Virus record (IMG/VR): IMGVR_UViG_3300020477_000013 | Location: 96,001 to 160,000 of that record | DNA: 64,000 nucleotides | DNA from: a virus | Lineage: Duplodnaviria > Caudoviricetes | Reading direction: 5' to 3' (one strand) | Translations under genes and position numbers: made by a program | Part shown: positions 48,126-57,299 of the stretch, piece after piece | Layout of the letters: each line of letters begins with the position of its first letter | Position numbering within the stretch: position 1 is the first letter of the stretch | The notes under the pieces: generated by a model | Database searches by the model: none | What the model saw: the letters and a program-made list of their open reading frames with translations, nothing else | Told to the model about the DNA's origin: nothing

Positions 48126-49160
48126 TTGAGTAATATTACTAGCGCAATTTGTTTTGATGATGTCTTGCTTGTCCCTAAGTATTCTGATATCCATTCAAGA
48201 AAAGAGATCGACTTGAGCGTCCCGCTACCTCGTACTAACATGTCTTTGGAAGTACCTATCATCTCTAGCCCGATGGATACAGTTACTGAAGATAACATGT
48301 CACATGCCATGTATGCATCAGGGGGCATGGGGATTATTCATAGGTATAATACTGTGGACAGGCAGGTCGAGATCTTAAATGATGCGATTATCGCCGGTGT
48401 GAAGCTGCCGGCTGCGGCTGTGGGTGTGTCTGGCGATTATCTAGATAGGGCAAGGGCATTGGCTGCCCATGGTGCAAAGGTTATATGCATCGATATTGCT
48501 CACGGTCATCATATCCTTATGAAGAATGCATTGTATGAACTGAGATGCTCACTTGGTAAAAGCGTGCATATTATGGCAGGTAATGTTGCAACTCTTGATG
48601 CGTTTAATGATCTTGCAGACTGGGGTGCTGACAGTATCAGGGTAGGAATAGGGGGCGGTTCAATCTGCTCTACACGTGTCCAGACTGGGCATGGAATGCC
48701 AACACTCCAGACAATTTTTCACTGCGCAAAATCAGATAGGGATGCGTTGCTTATCGCCGACGGAGGAATTCGAAATAGCGGAGATATCGTTAAGGCATTA
48801 GCGGCTGGAGCAGATGCGGTGATGCTGGGCTCTCTACTTGCAGGTACTGATGAGTCTCCTGGTGAGGTTATTTATATTCCCACCGAAGACAGGCGAGTCA
48901 AGGCTTATCGTGGTATGGCTTCAATAGAAGCCCAGGTTGATTGGCGGGGTCATACATCATCAGTGGAAGGTGTTTCAACGACCATTGATTATAAGGGTCC
49001 TGTCGGGGTAGTCATTGGAGGCCTAGTAACAGGCATAAGGTCAGGCTTATCCTACTCTGGAGCAAGGGATGTAAGGGAGTTCCAAGCAGCAGCAGAATTT
49101 ATAAGGCAAAGTGCAGCTGGGGCTGTTGAGAGTTCAACCCACATCCTAAAGTCTTCTTAG
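48126..49160 (+). CDS. guaB: IMP dehydrogenase / GMP reductase family, no CBS domains
   Basis: [38 protein letters not shown]. Confidence 0.88.
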   Translation: MSNITSAICFDDVLLVPKYSDIHSRKEIDLSVPLPRTNMSLEVPIISSPMDTVTEDNMSHAMYASGGMGIIHRYNTVDRQVEILNDAIIAGVKLPAAAVGVSGDYLDRARALAAHGAKVICIDIAHGHHILMKNALYELRCSLGKSVHIMAGNVATLDAFNDLADWGADSIRVGIGGGSICSTRVQTGHGMPTLQTIFHCAKSDRDALLIADGGIRNSGDIVKALAAGADAVMLGSLLAGTDESPGEVIYIPTEDRRVKAYRGMASIEAQVDWRGHTSSVEGVSTTIDYKGPVGVVIGGLVTGIRSGLSYSGARDVREFQAAAEFIRQSAAGAVESSTHILKSS

Positions 49161-49165
49161 CCTAC

Positions 49166-49174
49166 ATATTTATA
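49166..49174 (+). promoter_or_regulatory. ATATTTATA motif (candidate late promoter)
   Basis: Intergenic, upstream of 49202. Confidence 0.4.
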
Positions 49175-49201
49175 TAACATAAATAATGTGAGGAAAACAC
49201 C

Positions 49202-49783
49202 ATGCAGGTTTTGGCATTAGACTTAAGCTATGTAATGGCACCTTCTATCTCGGAATATGATTCCTTCCCGTGCAGCACAAGAATAAGCCCTGAGAAGCAC
49301 TGGGATGCCATTAGGCATTCAACTGGAAAAGATCGGTTTGCGTTTAGTCTAGAGAGATTAGGCGAATTAATACGGGTTTTTTCGAAAGCGCTTAAGAATA
49401 TAGAGCAAGATCAAATACACTGGGTGATGCACCAGAGTGATGTTTTACCCGTTCTAGTGTCATGTGACCACCTAACAATACATAATATTGACCATCACCA
49501 TGATATAGAGTCTCAGTCACTCGATATGGCAGGGTGGGTACATGAGCTTGATAGGCAGAAATTAGTTGATGAATATACCTGGTGGCGAAATAGGAATTCT
49601 AAAAACATAAATGAGGATATGCTGAACTGCTCTTATGGTGAAACTACATTTTCAAAAAGGCAGCCCATGAAAAACCCGGATGTTGTTATTATTTCACGCT
49701 CACCCTTGATGGTACCACCCGAGTTACAAGGGCTTTACGATATTTTTCAAGGTATGGCATGTTCGTGGTTCAATTCTCACTGA
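49202..49783 (+). CDS. UPF0489-like putative hydrolase
   Basis: DLSY and HNIDHHHDI motifs. Confidence 0.45.
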   Translation: MQVLALDLSYVMAPSISEYDSFPCSTRISPEKHWDAIRHSTGKDRFAFSLERLGELIRVFSKALKNIEQDQIHWVMHQSDVLPVLVSCDHLTIHNIDHHHDIESQSLDMAGWVHELDRQKLVDEYTWWRNRNSKNINEDMLNCSYGETTFSKRQPMKNPDVVIISRSPLMVPPELQGLYDIFQGMACSWFNSH

Positions 49784-49816
49784 TATTTGCTTAGTGTTTT
49801 AGGATGATAGTTAATT

Positions 49817-50191
49817 ATGACGACGGGGAGTCGAGGCGTGGAATATACGAAGCACTTGCTTAAGGTTCTGATAGGTGAAATGATAGAGGCTAGAGACCCG
49901 TTAACGGTACCAGGTCCTGCTATGTGGCGTGCACAAGCCCAGAAAAGAAAAGATGCAGAGGCCGAAGCAGAAGAGAAGAAGAAAAAGCGAACACCTAAGT
50001 CCTCTACAGGTCATGAATACTCACCAGCCAGCGGGTTTGTTGACTACTATGGCGACACCAATGATGCATCATTTATGGATGATTACGGTTACTATGGGTA
50101 CCCAGAGGTGGGTGACTATGACGACTATGACGACTATGACGACTATGACGACTATGATGGTGGTTATGATATAGGTGAAGGCGATTACTAG
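49817..50191 (+). CDS. Hypothetical protein with Asp/Tyr-rich tail
   Basis: KHLLKVLIGEMIE helix; (DYD)5 tail. Confidence 0.65.
   Translation: MTTGSRGVEYTKHLLKVLIGEMIEARDPLTVPGPAMWRAQAQKRKDAEAEAEEKKKKRTPKSSTGHEYSPASGFVDYYGDTNDASFMDDYGYYGYPEVGDYDDYDDYDDYDDYDGGYDIGEGDY
50114..50158 (+). repeat. 9-bp tandem repeat GACTATGAC x5
   Basis: Four perfect units plus GACTATGAT. Confidence 0.9.
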
Positions 50192-50194
50192 TTT

Positions 50195-50368
50195 ATGAAG
50201 TTAGATATTAAAACGCTCATTACGCTTTTGTCCATCGCTGCTATGCTGGGGGGCTTCTATTATTCTACCGAGGTTCGTCTTGATACATTGGAAAGTAATG
50301 TTGTTGAATTAAAGTCTGAAATTCAGGGGCTGAAAAAGCAAGTTAACAGACTTAAGAAAAGGAATTAA
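50195..50368 (+). CDS. 57-aa TM plus coiled-coil protein (not in ORF track)
   Basis: MKLDIKTLITLLSIAAMLGGFYY...KQVNRLKKRN. Confidence 0.6.
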   Translation: MKLDIKTLITLLSIAAMLGGFYYSTEVRLDTLESNVVELKSEIQGLKKQVNRLKKRN

Positions 50369-50371
50369 GGG

Positions 50372-50527
50372 ATGTCTGACACAGTAGTTGCATCATTAAT
50401 AATTTTAGGATTCACTGTCACGGGTATATTTTTAGGTGCATGGTTTGCCGCACGGGGGTTCGAGAAATCGCTTATTCAAATGATGGATGATCCTGATGCA
50501 CCGTGGAACAAGGAGGATGAAGAGTGA
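50372..50527 (+). CDS. 51-aa single-TM protein (not in ORF track)
   Basis: MSDTVVASLIILGFTVTGIFLGAWFAA...; GTGA overlap with next gene. Confidence 0.6.
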   Translation: MSDTVVASLIILGFTVTGIFLGAWFAARGFEKSLIQMMDDPDAPWNKEDEE

Positions 50528-50898
50528 GAATTACAAAGAAGCAGCTAAGGCAAGTCATTCGTGAAGCAGTCGAAGAAAATGAGCTGCTCGGCCTTACGGG
50601 CCCATGGCATGAAGTCGTAGCTGCATACATAGCTCGTGGTCCCGGTAATGGGAGTCAGTCTGCAACAAATATGGTGCTTAATAAGTTACACATGGGCCCG
50701 GATCTATGGCGTATGCAAGAGGATGTTTTAGAGGACATGCTTATTGAGCTTGGGCCAAATGCCACCCCTGAACAAATTGATGCGGTGAGTATTGAATTTC
50801 GCGATGGCGTTCGTGCCAATAAGTGGATGCCTCAAACCAAGGAAGAAATGGAGGCTGATTGGGCCCGCGGCGGAAAGCCTCGTGCGGATTACAGTTAG
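50524..50898 (+). CDS. Leader-family protein 1
   Basis: GTG start; MRITKKQLRQVIREAVEE. Confidence 0.8.
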   Translation: MRITKKQLRQVIREAVEENELLGLTGPWHEVVAAYIARGPGNGSQSATNMVLNKLHMGPDLWRMQEDVLEDMLIELGPNATPEQIDAVSIEFRDGVRANKWMPQTKEEMEADWARGGKPRADYS

Positions 50899-50906
50899 GG
50901 TGTTAG

Positions 50907-51152
50907 ATGAAAATTACACGTAGCCAACTTAGAAGAATCATCCGAGAAGCGATATTGCTAGAAGACAAAGAGGGAAAAGGAAAATGCCCTGATGATGGTT
51001 GTGTTCAAAAGCGCTCGAAGGGCTGGGTTATTATCTCTAACAAGACCGGAGAATGCTGGGGCAGAAGTAAGAAGCAGGGAGGCGAGTGTACATATTATGG
51101 CTCAAGGGAAAAAGCTGAAGCAGCGCTTGGCGCTTATCATGCAGGTGGGTAA
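50907..51152 (+). CDS. Leader-family protein 2 (Cys-containing cargo)
   Basis: MKITRSQLRRIIREAILLE. Confidence 0.8.
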   Translation: MKITRSQLRRIIREAILLEDKEGKGKCPDDGCVQKRSKGWVIISNKTGECWGRSKKQGGECTYYGSREKAEAALGAYHAGG

Positions 51153-51401
51153 ATGAAGATGTCTGGCAAACAGTTGAGAAAGATTATTCGAGAGACGTTA
51201 TCATTGGACCTTGAGGTTGGTGACGTAATTCTAACAGGCCGATTCAAGAATAAGCGCACTGTCGTTAGGGAACTAGGGACTGATGATCTAGGTCAACCAA
51301 CCGTTAACGGGATGAAGGTCTTATCTTTTCGCATTGAAAAACTGATGCCAAAAAGTAAGTGGAGTAAGAAGACACTGGAAGAGATAGGGGAAGACGAATG
51401 A
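51153..51401 (+). CDS. Leader-family protein 3 (KOW/SH3-like cargo)
   Basis: MKMSGKQLRKIIRE; VGDVILTGRFKNK. Confidence 0.8.
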   Translation: MKMSGKQLRKIIRETLSLDLEVGDVILTGRFKNKRTVVRELGTDDLGQPTVNGMKVLSFRIEKLMPKSKWSKKTLEEIGEDE

Positions 51402-51685
51402 GAATAGGGTTATCAAATTTGAGAATGTTGATTAGAGAGGCATTGGAGGTGTCTGATGAAGAGATTAGGGCATTTCTTTCTGACCAGGCTGCAACTTACC
51501 ATCAGGACCACAGTCTAGACATTGATGGTGATGAAATTCCGGATGCATCCGCTATTCGTGAACTACTGCAGGCCGATTTTCTAAATAACTTTAGTCATAT
51601 CTCAATTAGCGATTATGCTGATCTTATTGACAGGTTATCTGTGATGCCTGACGTCAAGTGGTCACGCCCTGTGATGATGGTGTAG
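51398..51685 (+). CDS. Leader-family protein 4
   Basis: MRIGLSNLRMLIREALE. Confidence 0.75.
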   Translation: MRIGLSNLRMLIREALEVSDEEIRAFLSDQAATYHQDHSLDIDGDEIPDASAIRELLQADFLNNFSHISISDYADLIDRLSVMPDVKWSRPVMMV

Positions 51686-51692
51686 GTTATAG

Positions 51693-51989
51693 ATGTGGCC
51701 GAAGGGGTATCAACTTAAATGGTTTCGAAGGGAACTTCCAAGAAAAGAAGGTCCTGCCCCGCCTATGAGACCCGGTTTCGGCCAAACACCCCTTAACGTA
51801 ATACAGGATGGTGATAAATTTTACGTTGGGACCTACTTTGTTTTACCTGATGGGTCTAGGAAACCATATACAGTTGAGAGTCAATATTTCTCCACGGAGA
51901 AAGAAGCCAAAGTTGTATTGTCAAGAATGACAGGCGGAAAAATGAAGGAGTCACTACTGCGTGCTTATGTAAGAGAGATGCTGGGCTAA
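51693..51989 (+). CDS. Hypothetical protein with C-terminal tag
   Basis: Ends MKESLLRAYVREMLG. Confidence 0.7.
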   Translation: MWPKGYQLKWFRRELPRKEGPAPPMRPGFGQTPLNVIQDGDKFYVGTYFVLPDGSRKPYTVESQYFSTEKEAKVVLSRMTGGKMKESLLRAYVREMLG

Positions 51990-53147
51990 ATGAGTAATGA
52001 TAAAATATCTGCATTTTACATAATGACAGAACCTGAGAAGATGGGTTACCCATATATTGAATCGATCACCTCTGTGCTGTCTTTTGCCGACGAGGTGGTT
52101 CTGGTGATGGGTAGAGATGAACCGGCTAGCGAGAAAAAGATTGACCAGTTGGCACGTTCTATTCCTCGGCAAAAGTCAGTTAAAATAGTGAAGACCCATG
52201 CTTGGCCAGAATTCGGATGGAACTATAATATAATGAGAGATCATATTCAACGCGGTTTGGACGAGTGTACACATGACTTATGTTTAAAGGTGGATTGTGA
52301 CTATGTCTTTAGAGATCAGCATTGTGATGAGATCCGTTCAGCAATTCAAATTCATGCACAGGATAATCATTTAGTAACCTTTGGCAGGGTCAATTTTTCA
52401 TGTTTAGGAAAAGCAGATTATCAACCAGCGATAGATCACACGCCTTGTTACGTTATTAATAAACGTGCATTGAGAGATGATGGCATAGAGTGTGCTATAT
52501 CCAATGAGTCGGGATCGAACCAACCTATTTTCATGAAAGACGAAAGGGTCCTAGATGTGTCTTCCGGTAAGGACCTCAAGGTGCTACCCCTAAGTCCTAT
52601 GTTACCAGATAGCCTAGAATCCTGGGTTTATCATTACCTTGTGATATGTCCAGTAAATTATTCATACACTTTCATGACTGCATCAAGAATTGCTAAGACG
52701 TGGTCTGAGTGGCATAGGGCTATACATCTCAGGTTTGGTAATCTCCGCATGCCGAATTTCGATTTAGATGATATGCATCAATCAATCAAGAATTTTGCGG
52801 CTTATCATTTCCAAGCAAAGATTCCATCCCTGGGGCATTGTAGAGACTGGGATGAAATAAGGGGTATTATTTTAGGCTCCAGCGGTGATACTTTAGCGGA
52901 TATGGTCAACAGGGGTATTTTACATTGTAATGACAGAGGTGAACCCCAGGTGTCAGGGGCCATGACAATGCAACTTGTAGACCACCCTGCATGTATGAGA
53001 CATGTATTACAGGGCATTTCATCCGACAAGTGGGGATTTAATAACTTTAACCTGCCTGAACCTCCCTCGAGGGGATTAACGCATGAAGGTGCGGCTGCCA
53101 TATATGAGAAGTGGTTAGGGGATATTGGTAGTTACTTGAATGAATAA
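51990..53147 (+). CDS. GT-A (family 2-like) glycosyltransferase
   Basis: GYPYIESITSVLSFADEVVLV; LKVDCDYVF (DxD). Confidence 0.7.
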   Translation: MSNDKISAFYIMTEPEKMGYPYIESITSVLSFADEVVLVMGRDEPASEKKIDQLARSIPRQKSVKIVKTHAWPEFGWNYNIMRDHIQRGLDECTHDLCLKVDCDYVFRDQHCDEIRSAIQIHAQDNHLVTFGRVNFSCLGKADYQPAIDHTPCYVINKRALRDDGIECAISNESGSNQPIFMKDERVLDVSSGKDLKVLPLSPMLPDSLESWVYHYLVICPVNYSYTFMTASRIAKTWSEWHRAIHLRFGNLRMPNFDLDDMHQSIKNFAAYHFQAKIPSLGHCRDWDEIRGIILGSSGDTLADMVNRGILHCNDRGEPQVSGAMTMQLVDHPACMRHVLQGISSDKWGFNNFNLPEPPSRGLTHEGAAAIYEKWLGDIGSYLNE

Positions 53148-53269
53148 ATAAACCCCCCCGCAACAACCGGGATTTTAATTCATTTTTAAGTGTCCCTTAT
53201 CGGTTGCATGTGATATTTATTTGCAGAATTGAATTATGGTATTCATATGATATCATCTAGGGGTTTAAA

Positions 53270-53377
53270 ATGAGTGAATTTTTATGGGGCTTTGTTGCGG
53301 GTGCGGTTGCTTCTCCTTTTGCATGGGAAGGCCTTAAGTGGTGCTTCCGAAAGGTGAAGGAAGCCACTAGTAAATAA
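53270..53377 (+). CDS. 35-aa membrane peptide (not in ORF track)
   Basis: SD AGGGG; MSEFLWGFVAGAVASPFAWEGLKWCFRKVKEATSK. Confidence 0.5.
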   Translation: MSEFLWGFVAGAVASPFAWEGLKWCFRKVKEATSK

Positions 53378-53443
53378 GTGGTATTATATTAAAATTTGCG
53401 TTAGCGTGGGATAATTGGTCTGGGCCCACGAGGGGAAAATAAA

Positions 53444-53704
53444 ATGAGACTATCAAAAAATCAATTAAGACAAATCATTCGAGAATCGCATAGTGAGTCG
53501 ATGTCGGGTGTGAATAGTCAGGTTAGAGAGTCACTCAGCTCTCACGAAGAAAAAGCTCAGGCGGACTCCTTCGCCATGTTTCCCGGTAACACTATCATGG
53601 ACTTGGAATCACTTCACGACTTGTGGTATGGTCGCTTTACAAGTGATGAAAACTTGATACTTGACCAGGCAATTGCACTTTTGAACAGGGAGCTCAGGGG
53701 GTAA
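53444..53704 (+). CDS. Leader-family protein 5
   Basis: MRLSKNQLRQIIRES. Confidence 0.8.
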   Translation: MRLSKNQLRQIIRESHSESMSGVNSQVRESLSSHEEKAQADSFAMFPGNTIMDLESLHDLWYGRFTSDENLILDQAIALLNRELRG

Positions 53705-53706
53705 TA

Positions 53707-53988
53707 ATGCAAATATCACGTAAGAAGTTAAGAAGAATCATTAGGGAATCGTTGCTTCAAGAGTACGGTCCTGAATCTCGTGGGGAGCCCGGGCACAGAG
53801 GTGCAGATGGAAACTGGGTCGATCCTGGCATGGATGGTTACAATCCATACAAGGACAAGTCTCTGGCACCTGGTAACGGTTGGCCCCCTGAAGAGAGATC
53901 GGCAGCTATTAGAGCGTATACAGGCAGAGATGGTTACATTGCCAACTCTCAAGTGGACAAAAGCTGGGTGCATCCAGCATTTCGATAA
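53707..53988 (+). CDS. Leader-family protein 6
   Basis: MQISRKKLRRIIRESLLQE. Confidence 0.8.
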   Translation: MQISRKKLRRIIRESLLQEYGPESRGEPGHRGADGNWVDPGMDGYNPYKDKSLAPGNGWPPEERSAAIRAYTGRDGYIANSQVDKSWVHPAFR

Positions 53989-53999
53989 GAGATAAACTA

Positions 54000-54362
54000 G
54001 TGAAAATCACAAAACGACAACTCAGACGAATTATTCGGGAATCAATCACGGGCACGACAATTTATGTCGAGAAGAGTCCATACGGTGGGACTATGATTGA
54101 AGATGAGAATGGCGAATATCTTTCTGTGGGAGAGATGGTAAAATCCTTATTAGACTCAGGTGAATCAGACTTCTTTCACGATGCTTTAGGGCTACAGGAA
54201 CTCATGGCAGCCCATAGCCGTGGTGTTCAGGGTGGTATGCAGAAGTGGGACTCTGATGTGTTCGAACAATACTACAGCCTAGACATGGATAAAATGATTG
54301 ACACATATGCCGGTGCTAATGGATTACAAGTCAAATACATCCCCATGGGAGAGGATTACTAA
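54000..54362 (+). CDS. Leader-family protein 7
   Basis: GTG start; MKITKRQLRRIIRES. Confidence 0.8.
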   Translation: MKITKRQLRRIIRESITGTTIYVEKSPYGGTMIEDENGEYLSVGEMVKSLLDSGESDFFHDALGLQELMAAHSRGVQGGMQKWDSDVFEQYYSLDMDKMIDTYAGANGLQVKYIPMGEDY

Positions 54363-54363
54363 A

Positions 54364-54633
54364 ATGAAGATCACAAAAAGACAACTTAGAAGAATCATCA
54401 AGGAAGAGAAAGCGAGGCTTCTTATAGAAATGAATCCCGCTGTTGAGGAGGGAATCTCACGTGGCGTGCAGAATGGCATTTGGGGCTGGCTCGAGCGCGA
54501 GTTTGCCCAAGACATGACCGGTGAAGATGTGTGGAATAATCCTACATACACCGAGAGTATTGCACACGCATTGGAAACAATTGCCAAGGAAGTACGGACC
54601 GCAGGGACGCAAGAAGGTACGTACGGGGGGTAA
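54364..54633 (+). CDS. Leader-family protein 8 (true start 54364)
   Basis: MKITKRQLRRIIKEEKARLLIE. Confidence 0.85.
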   Translation: MKITKRQLRRIIKEEKARLLIEMNPAVEEGISRGVQNGIWGWLEREFAQDMTGEDVWNNPTYTESIAHALETIAKEVRTAGTQEGTYGG

Positions 54634-54634
54634 A

Positions 54635-54922
54635 ATGAAGATCACAAAAAGACAGCTCAGACGAATTATCAAAGAACAACTTCAACTTCTTAGTGAGGAG
54701 GGCTATGATAGTTATCGTGATAGTAGGCGAGAGGCTGGCTATGGTGGAACAACTTGGAAGAGTAAGCAAGACTATAGGCGTCGAAGAGCCCAACAGATAA
54801 AGTATGCAGAGGAAGTCACAGCCCAGGGAAGAGAAGATGCCCTTGCCGGCCGGCCTAAAGACGCTAGCATAGGGCACCTTGCGTACCATGAGGCATACGA
54901 CGAAGCGCTCAAGGAAGCATGA
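54635..54922 (+). CDS. Leader-family protein 9 (true start 54635)
   Basis: MKITKRQLRRIIKEQLQLLSE. Confidence 0.85.
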   Translation: MKITKRQLRRIIKEQLQLLSEEGYDSYRDSRREAGYGGTTWKSKQDYRRRRAQQIKYAEEVTAQGREDALAGRPKDASIGHLAYHEAYDEALKEA

Positions 54923-54923
54923 T

Positions 54924-55259
54924 ATGAAGATCACAAAGAGACAACTCAGAAGAATCATCAAGGAAGAGCTTCAATCCATGACAGTTGACAAGCGAGATCA
55001 GCTTATGGATGCGCTGGAAGATAAATACGGACTCCAGGTAAGAACTACCGAAGAGTTTGGTTCTGGTCCTGGGGGCGTATGGATTGCTGCTGAGTCAGCT
55101 TCCGCACAAACGCCGGACGGCTTACCACTGTTTGACTACTACTTGGACATGGATCCATATGAATTTGGTGTACACCCGGAATTTTCAAGGTTTATTGCAC
55201 CTTATGGTTTTTATGCAGAGTGGAATGATCCAGGAACATTAATGTTGTGGAGGGTGTAA
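54924..55259 (+). CDS. Leader-family protein 10 (true start 54924)
   Basis: MKITKRQLRRIIKEELQS; aromatic-rich globular cargo. Confidence 0.85.
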   Translation: MKITKRQLRRIIKEELQSMTVDKRDQLMDALEDKYGLQVRTTEEFGSGPGGVWIAAESASAQTPDGLPLFDYYLDMDPYEFGVHPEFSRFIAPYGFYAEWNDPGTLMLWRV

Positions 55260-55260
55260 C

Positions 55261-55608
55261 ATGAGAATCACAAAGAGGCAGCTAAGAAGAATTATTAAGG
55301 AAGAAAAGGCGAAGCTGATAAGAGAGTCATTTTCGCCTGATTCTATCGCTGAGTTTGATAGGGAAATTAATTCCAATCTGGAACAGGGGAAGTTGTACCT
55401 TGACATGGGTGATACTTCGATGGCTCAGATGTACGATGATGATGCATATTCTTTAGAGGCCATTAGAGATATGGCCATTCAAGACAGGGCAGCTGGTGAG
55501 CCTATGGGATCAAATTCACTTCGTAATTTGGTTAGCCGTTTAGACACAGCCGCACGTGAAAAGATACCAGACGACTTCTATTACTGGATAATCGGCGAGG
55601 ATTATTAA
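55261..55608 (+). CDS. Leader-family protein 11
   Basis: MRITKRQLRRIIKEEKAKLIRE. Confidence 0.85.
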   Translation: MRITKRQLRRIIKEEKAKLIRESFSPDSIAEFDREINSNLEQGKLYLDMGDTSMAQMYDDDAYSLEAIRDMAIQDRAAGEPMGSNSLRNLVSRLDTAAREKIPDDFYYWIIGEDY

Positions 55609-55609
55609 A

Positions 55610-56068
55610 ATGAGAATCACAAAGAGGCAGCTAAGAAGAATCATTAGGGAAGCTTATTATGAAGATGCCGAAGACCGAGGATATTTTGACCATGTTGGTG
55701 GTCTCAACGCTCCTAAGCATCCTGATAATGAAGAGTATATGGCTGGGTGGGATCAATCCATCATAGATGATAAGGTCTCCGCGGACCACAAGGCAGAGAA
55801 GGAGATGGAAAGAAGGCTCCAGCCAGCACGCGATAGAACAATGGCAACACTCGATAGATCACGTCAGGAACTGGAGAGTGCCCATGGAATCACTGACGAC
55901 TTGGCCTACGAAGTTGAGATGGGAAGTCTCTTTCTGGCTAAGGAAGATGAGCTCCGTAAGCTGGCCAATGCAAGTGGTGCCCAAGGCCTAGCCGCTAAAA
56001 AGTTATTGGACATGACCCCCCAGCAACGTGCTGCATATAAAAGTTTAATGATTAGGACAACGATGTAG
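55610..56068 (+). CDS. Leader-family protein 12
   Basis: MRITKRQLRRIIREA. Confidence 0.85.
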   Translation: MRITKRQLRRIIREAYYEDAEDRGYFDHVGGLNAPKHPDNEEYMAGWDQSIIDDKVSADHKAEKEMERRLQPARDRTMATLDRSRQELESAHGITDDLAYEVEMGSLFLAKEDELRKLANASGAQGLAAKKLLDMTPQQRAAYKSLMIRTTM

Positions 56069-56087
56069 GTCGTAAATAAGATATTAC

Positions 56088-56348
56088 ATGAAAATCACTA
56101 AGAGACAACTAAGAAGAATCATCAAGGAAGAGAAGGCTAAGCTTCTTAATGAGTATACGCCTGCCGATACCAGCGGGTCAGCTCCTTATTCTAGCCCTGC
56201 AAACATTGAAGAAGAAATAGCAGAACTCGAAAATGCTCTTAACTCTCTATACGTCGCAGGCAGAGCACTTCCTTTTCCGATGGATAGAAGAATCATGGAT
56301 GCTACCGAGATGATCGAGAGGGCGCTCAATATATTACAAGGAAAGTAA
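56088..56348 (+). CDS. Leader-family protein 13
   Basis: MKITKRQLRRIIKEEKAKLLNE. Confidence 0.85.
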   Translation: MKITKRQLRRIIKEEKAKLLNEYTPADTSGSAPYSSPANIEEEIAELENALNSLYVAGRALPFPMDRRIMDATEMIERALNILQGK

Positions 56349-56349
56349 A

Positions 56350-56622
56350 ATGAAGATCACAAAGAGACAACTAAGAAGAATCATCAAAGAAGAGAAGGCC
56401 AGGCTCATGAATGAACAACCTACTCGCCGGCCTGACTATAAGTTTAATCAGGGCGTACAGGGTGAATATGCTCCCGGTGAATCAGTACTTGAGGATTTGA
56501 TGGTCGCGGTTGACGAAGCTATTGCCAACGCCACGGGTCAGATCGATCTAGATTTTCAAGATGGTCCGCTATCGTCTAGACAAGTTGTCAATTTTGTTAT
56601 TCGATCGTTACAGGAAAGATAA
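56350..56622 (+). CDS. Leader-family protein 14
   Basis: MKITKRQLRRIIKEEKARLMNE. Confidence 0.85.
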   Translation: MKITKRQLRRIIKEEKARLMNEQPTRRPDYKFNQGVQGEYAPGESVLEDLMVAVDEAIANATGQIDLDFQDGPLSSRQVVNFVIRSLQER

Positions 56623-56623
56623 A

Positions 56624-57013
56624 ATGAAAATCACCAAACGACAACTTAGAAGAATCATCAAAGAAGAGAAGGCCAGGCTCATGTCCGAAGCCGACACTGG
56701 AATGCGACCAGGGCCAGATGGCATTATCGTCGTCGATCGTGGAAATATGGGGAGAGAAAAAGATCGTTGGCTGGTACTGTTTGAGGTGGAAGATATTGTA
56801 TCCCCCGAGCTATACACTTATCTCTCGCAAAGAAGCGATTGGAGAAAACTAACATCTGGCCCTAAGGCAACAGGCCCGACCGAAGAGGCAGCCCGGGCCA
56901 AGCTCAACAAGGCTATTGATAAGTTTCTGGCAATGCTATCTCAGAAAATCATTGAAGCACGAAACGAGGTCGGCATGCTGGACGAATTCAGGGCAAGCTT
57001 GGAGAAACTATAA
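56624..57013 (+). CDS. Leader-family protein 15 (true start 56624)
   Basis: MKITKRQLRRIIKEEKARLMSE. Confidence 0.85.
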   Translation: MKITKRQLRRIIKEEKARLMSEADTGMRPGPDGIIVVDRGNMGREKDRWLVLFEVEDIVSPELYTYLSQRSDWRKLTSGPKATGPTEEAARAKLNKAIDKFLAMLSQKIIEARNEVGMLDEFRASLEKL

Positions 57014-57014
57014 A

Positions 57015-57299
57015 ATGAAAATCACAAAACGACAACTTCGAAGAATCATCAAAGAAGAGAAGGCCAGGCTTCTATCTGAGGTGACCCCCGGTGAACGTGA
57101 TGATGCTAAGAGGCTTGATGCAGAGTGGGCAGCAAGGGTAAATGCAGAGCAAGGTGCCCTCCAATCTCAAGCTGATATCTCACGTGAGTTAGGCGAATTA
57201 CATAATGCTATCGATCGATTGATTGACGTGATGGGCCGTGATGAAGTAGCCGCTGAGCTTGAGGGAATCGCAGAAGAGATTAGGATGGGAATGGTATGA
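57015..57299 (+). CDS. Leader-family protein 16 (true start 57015)
   Basis: MKITKRQLRRIIKEEKARLLSE. Confidence 0.85.
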   Translation: MKITKRQLRRIIKEEKARLLSEVTPGERDDAKRLDAEWAARVNAEQGALQSQADISRELGELHNAIDRLIDVMGRDEVAAELEGIAEEIRMGMV

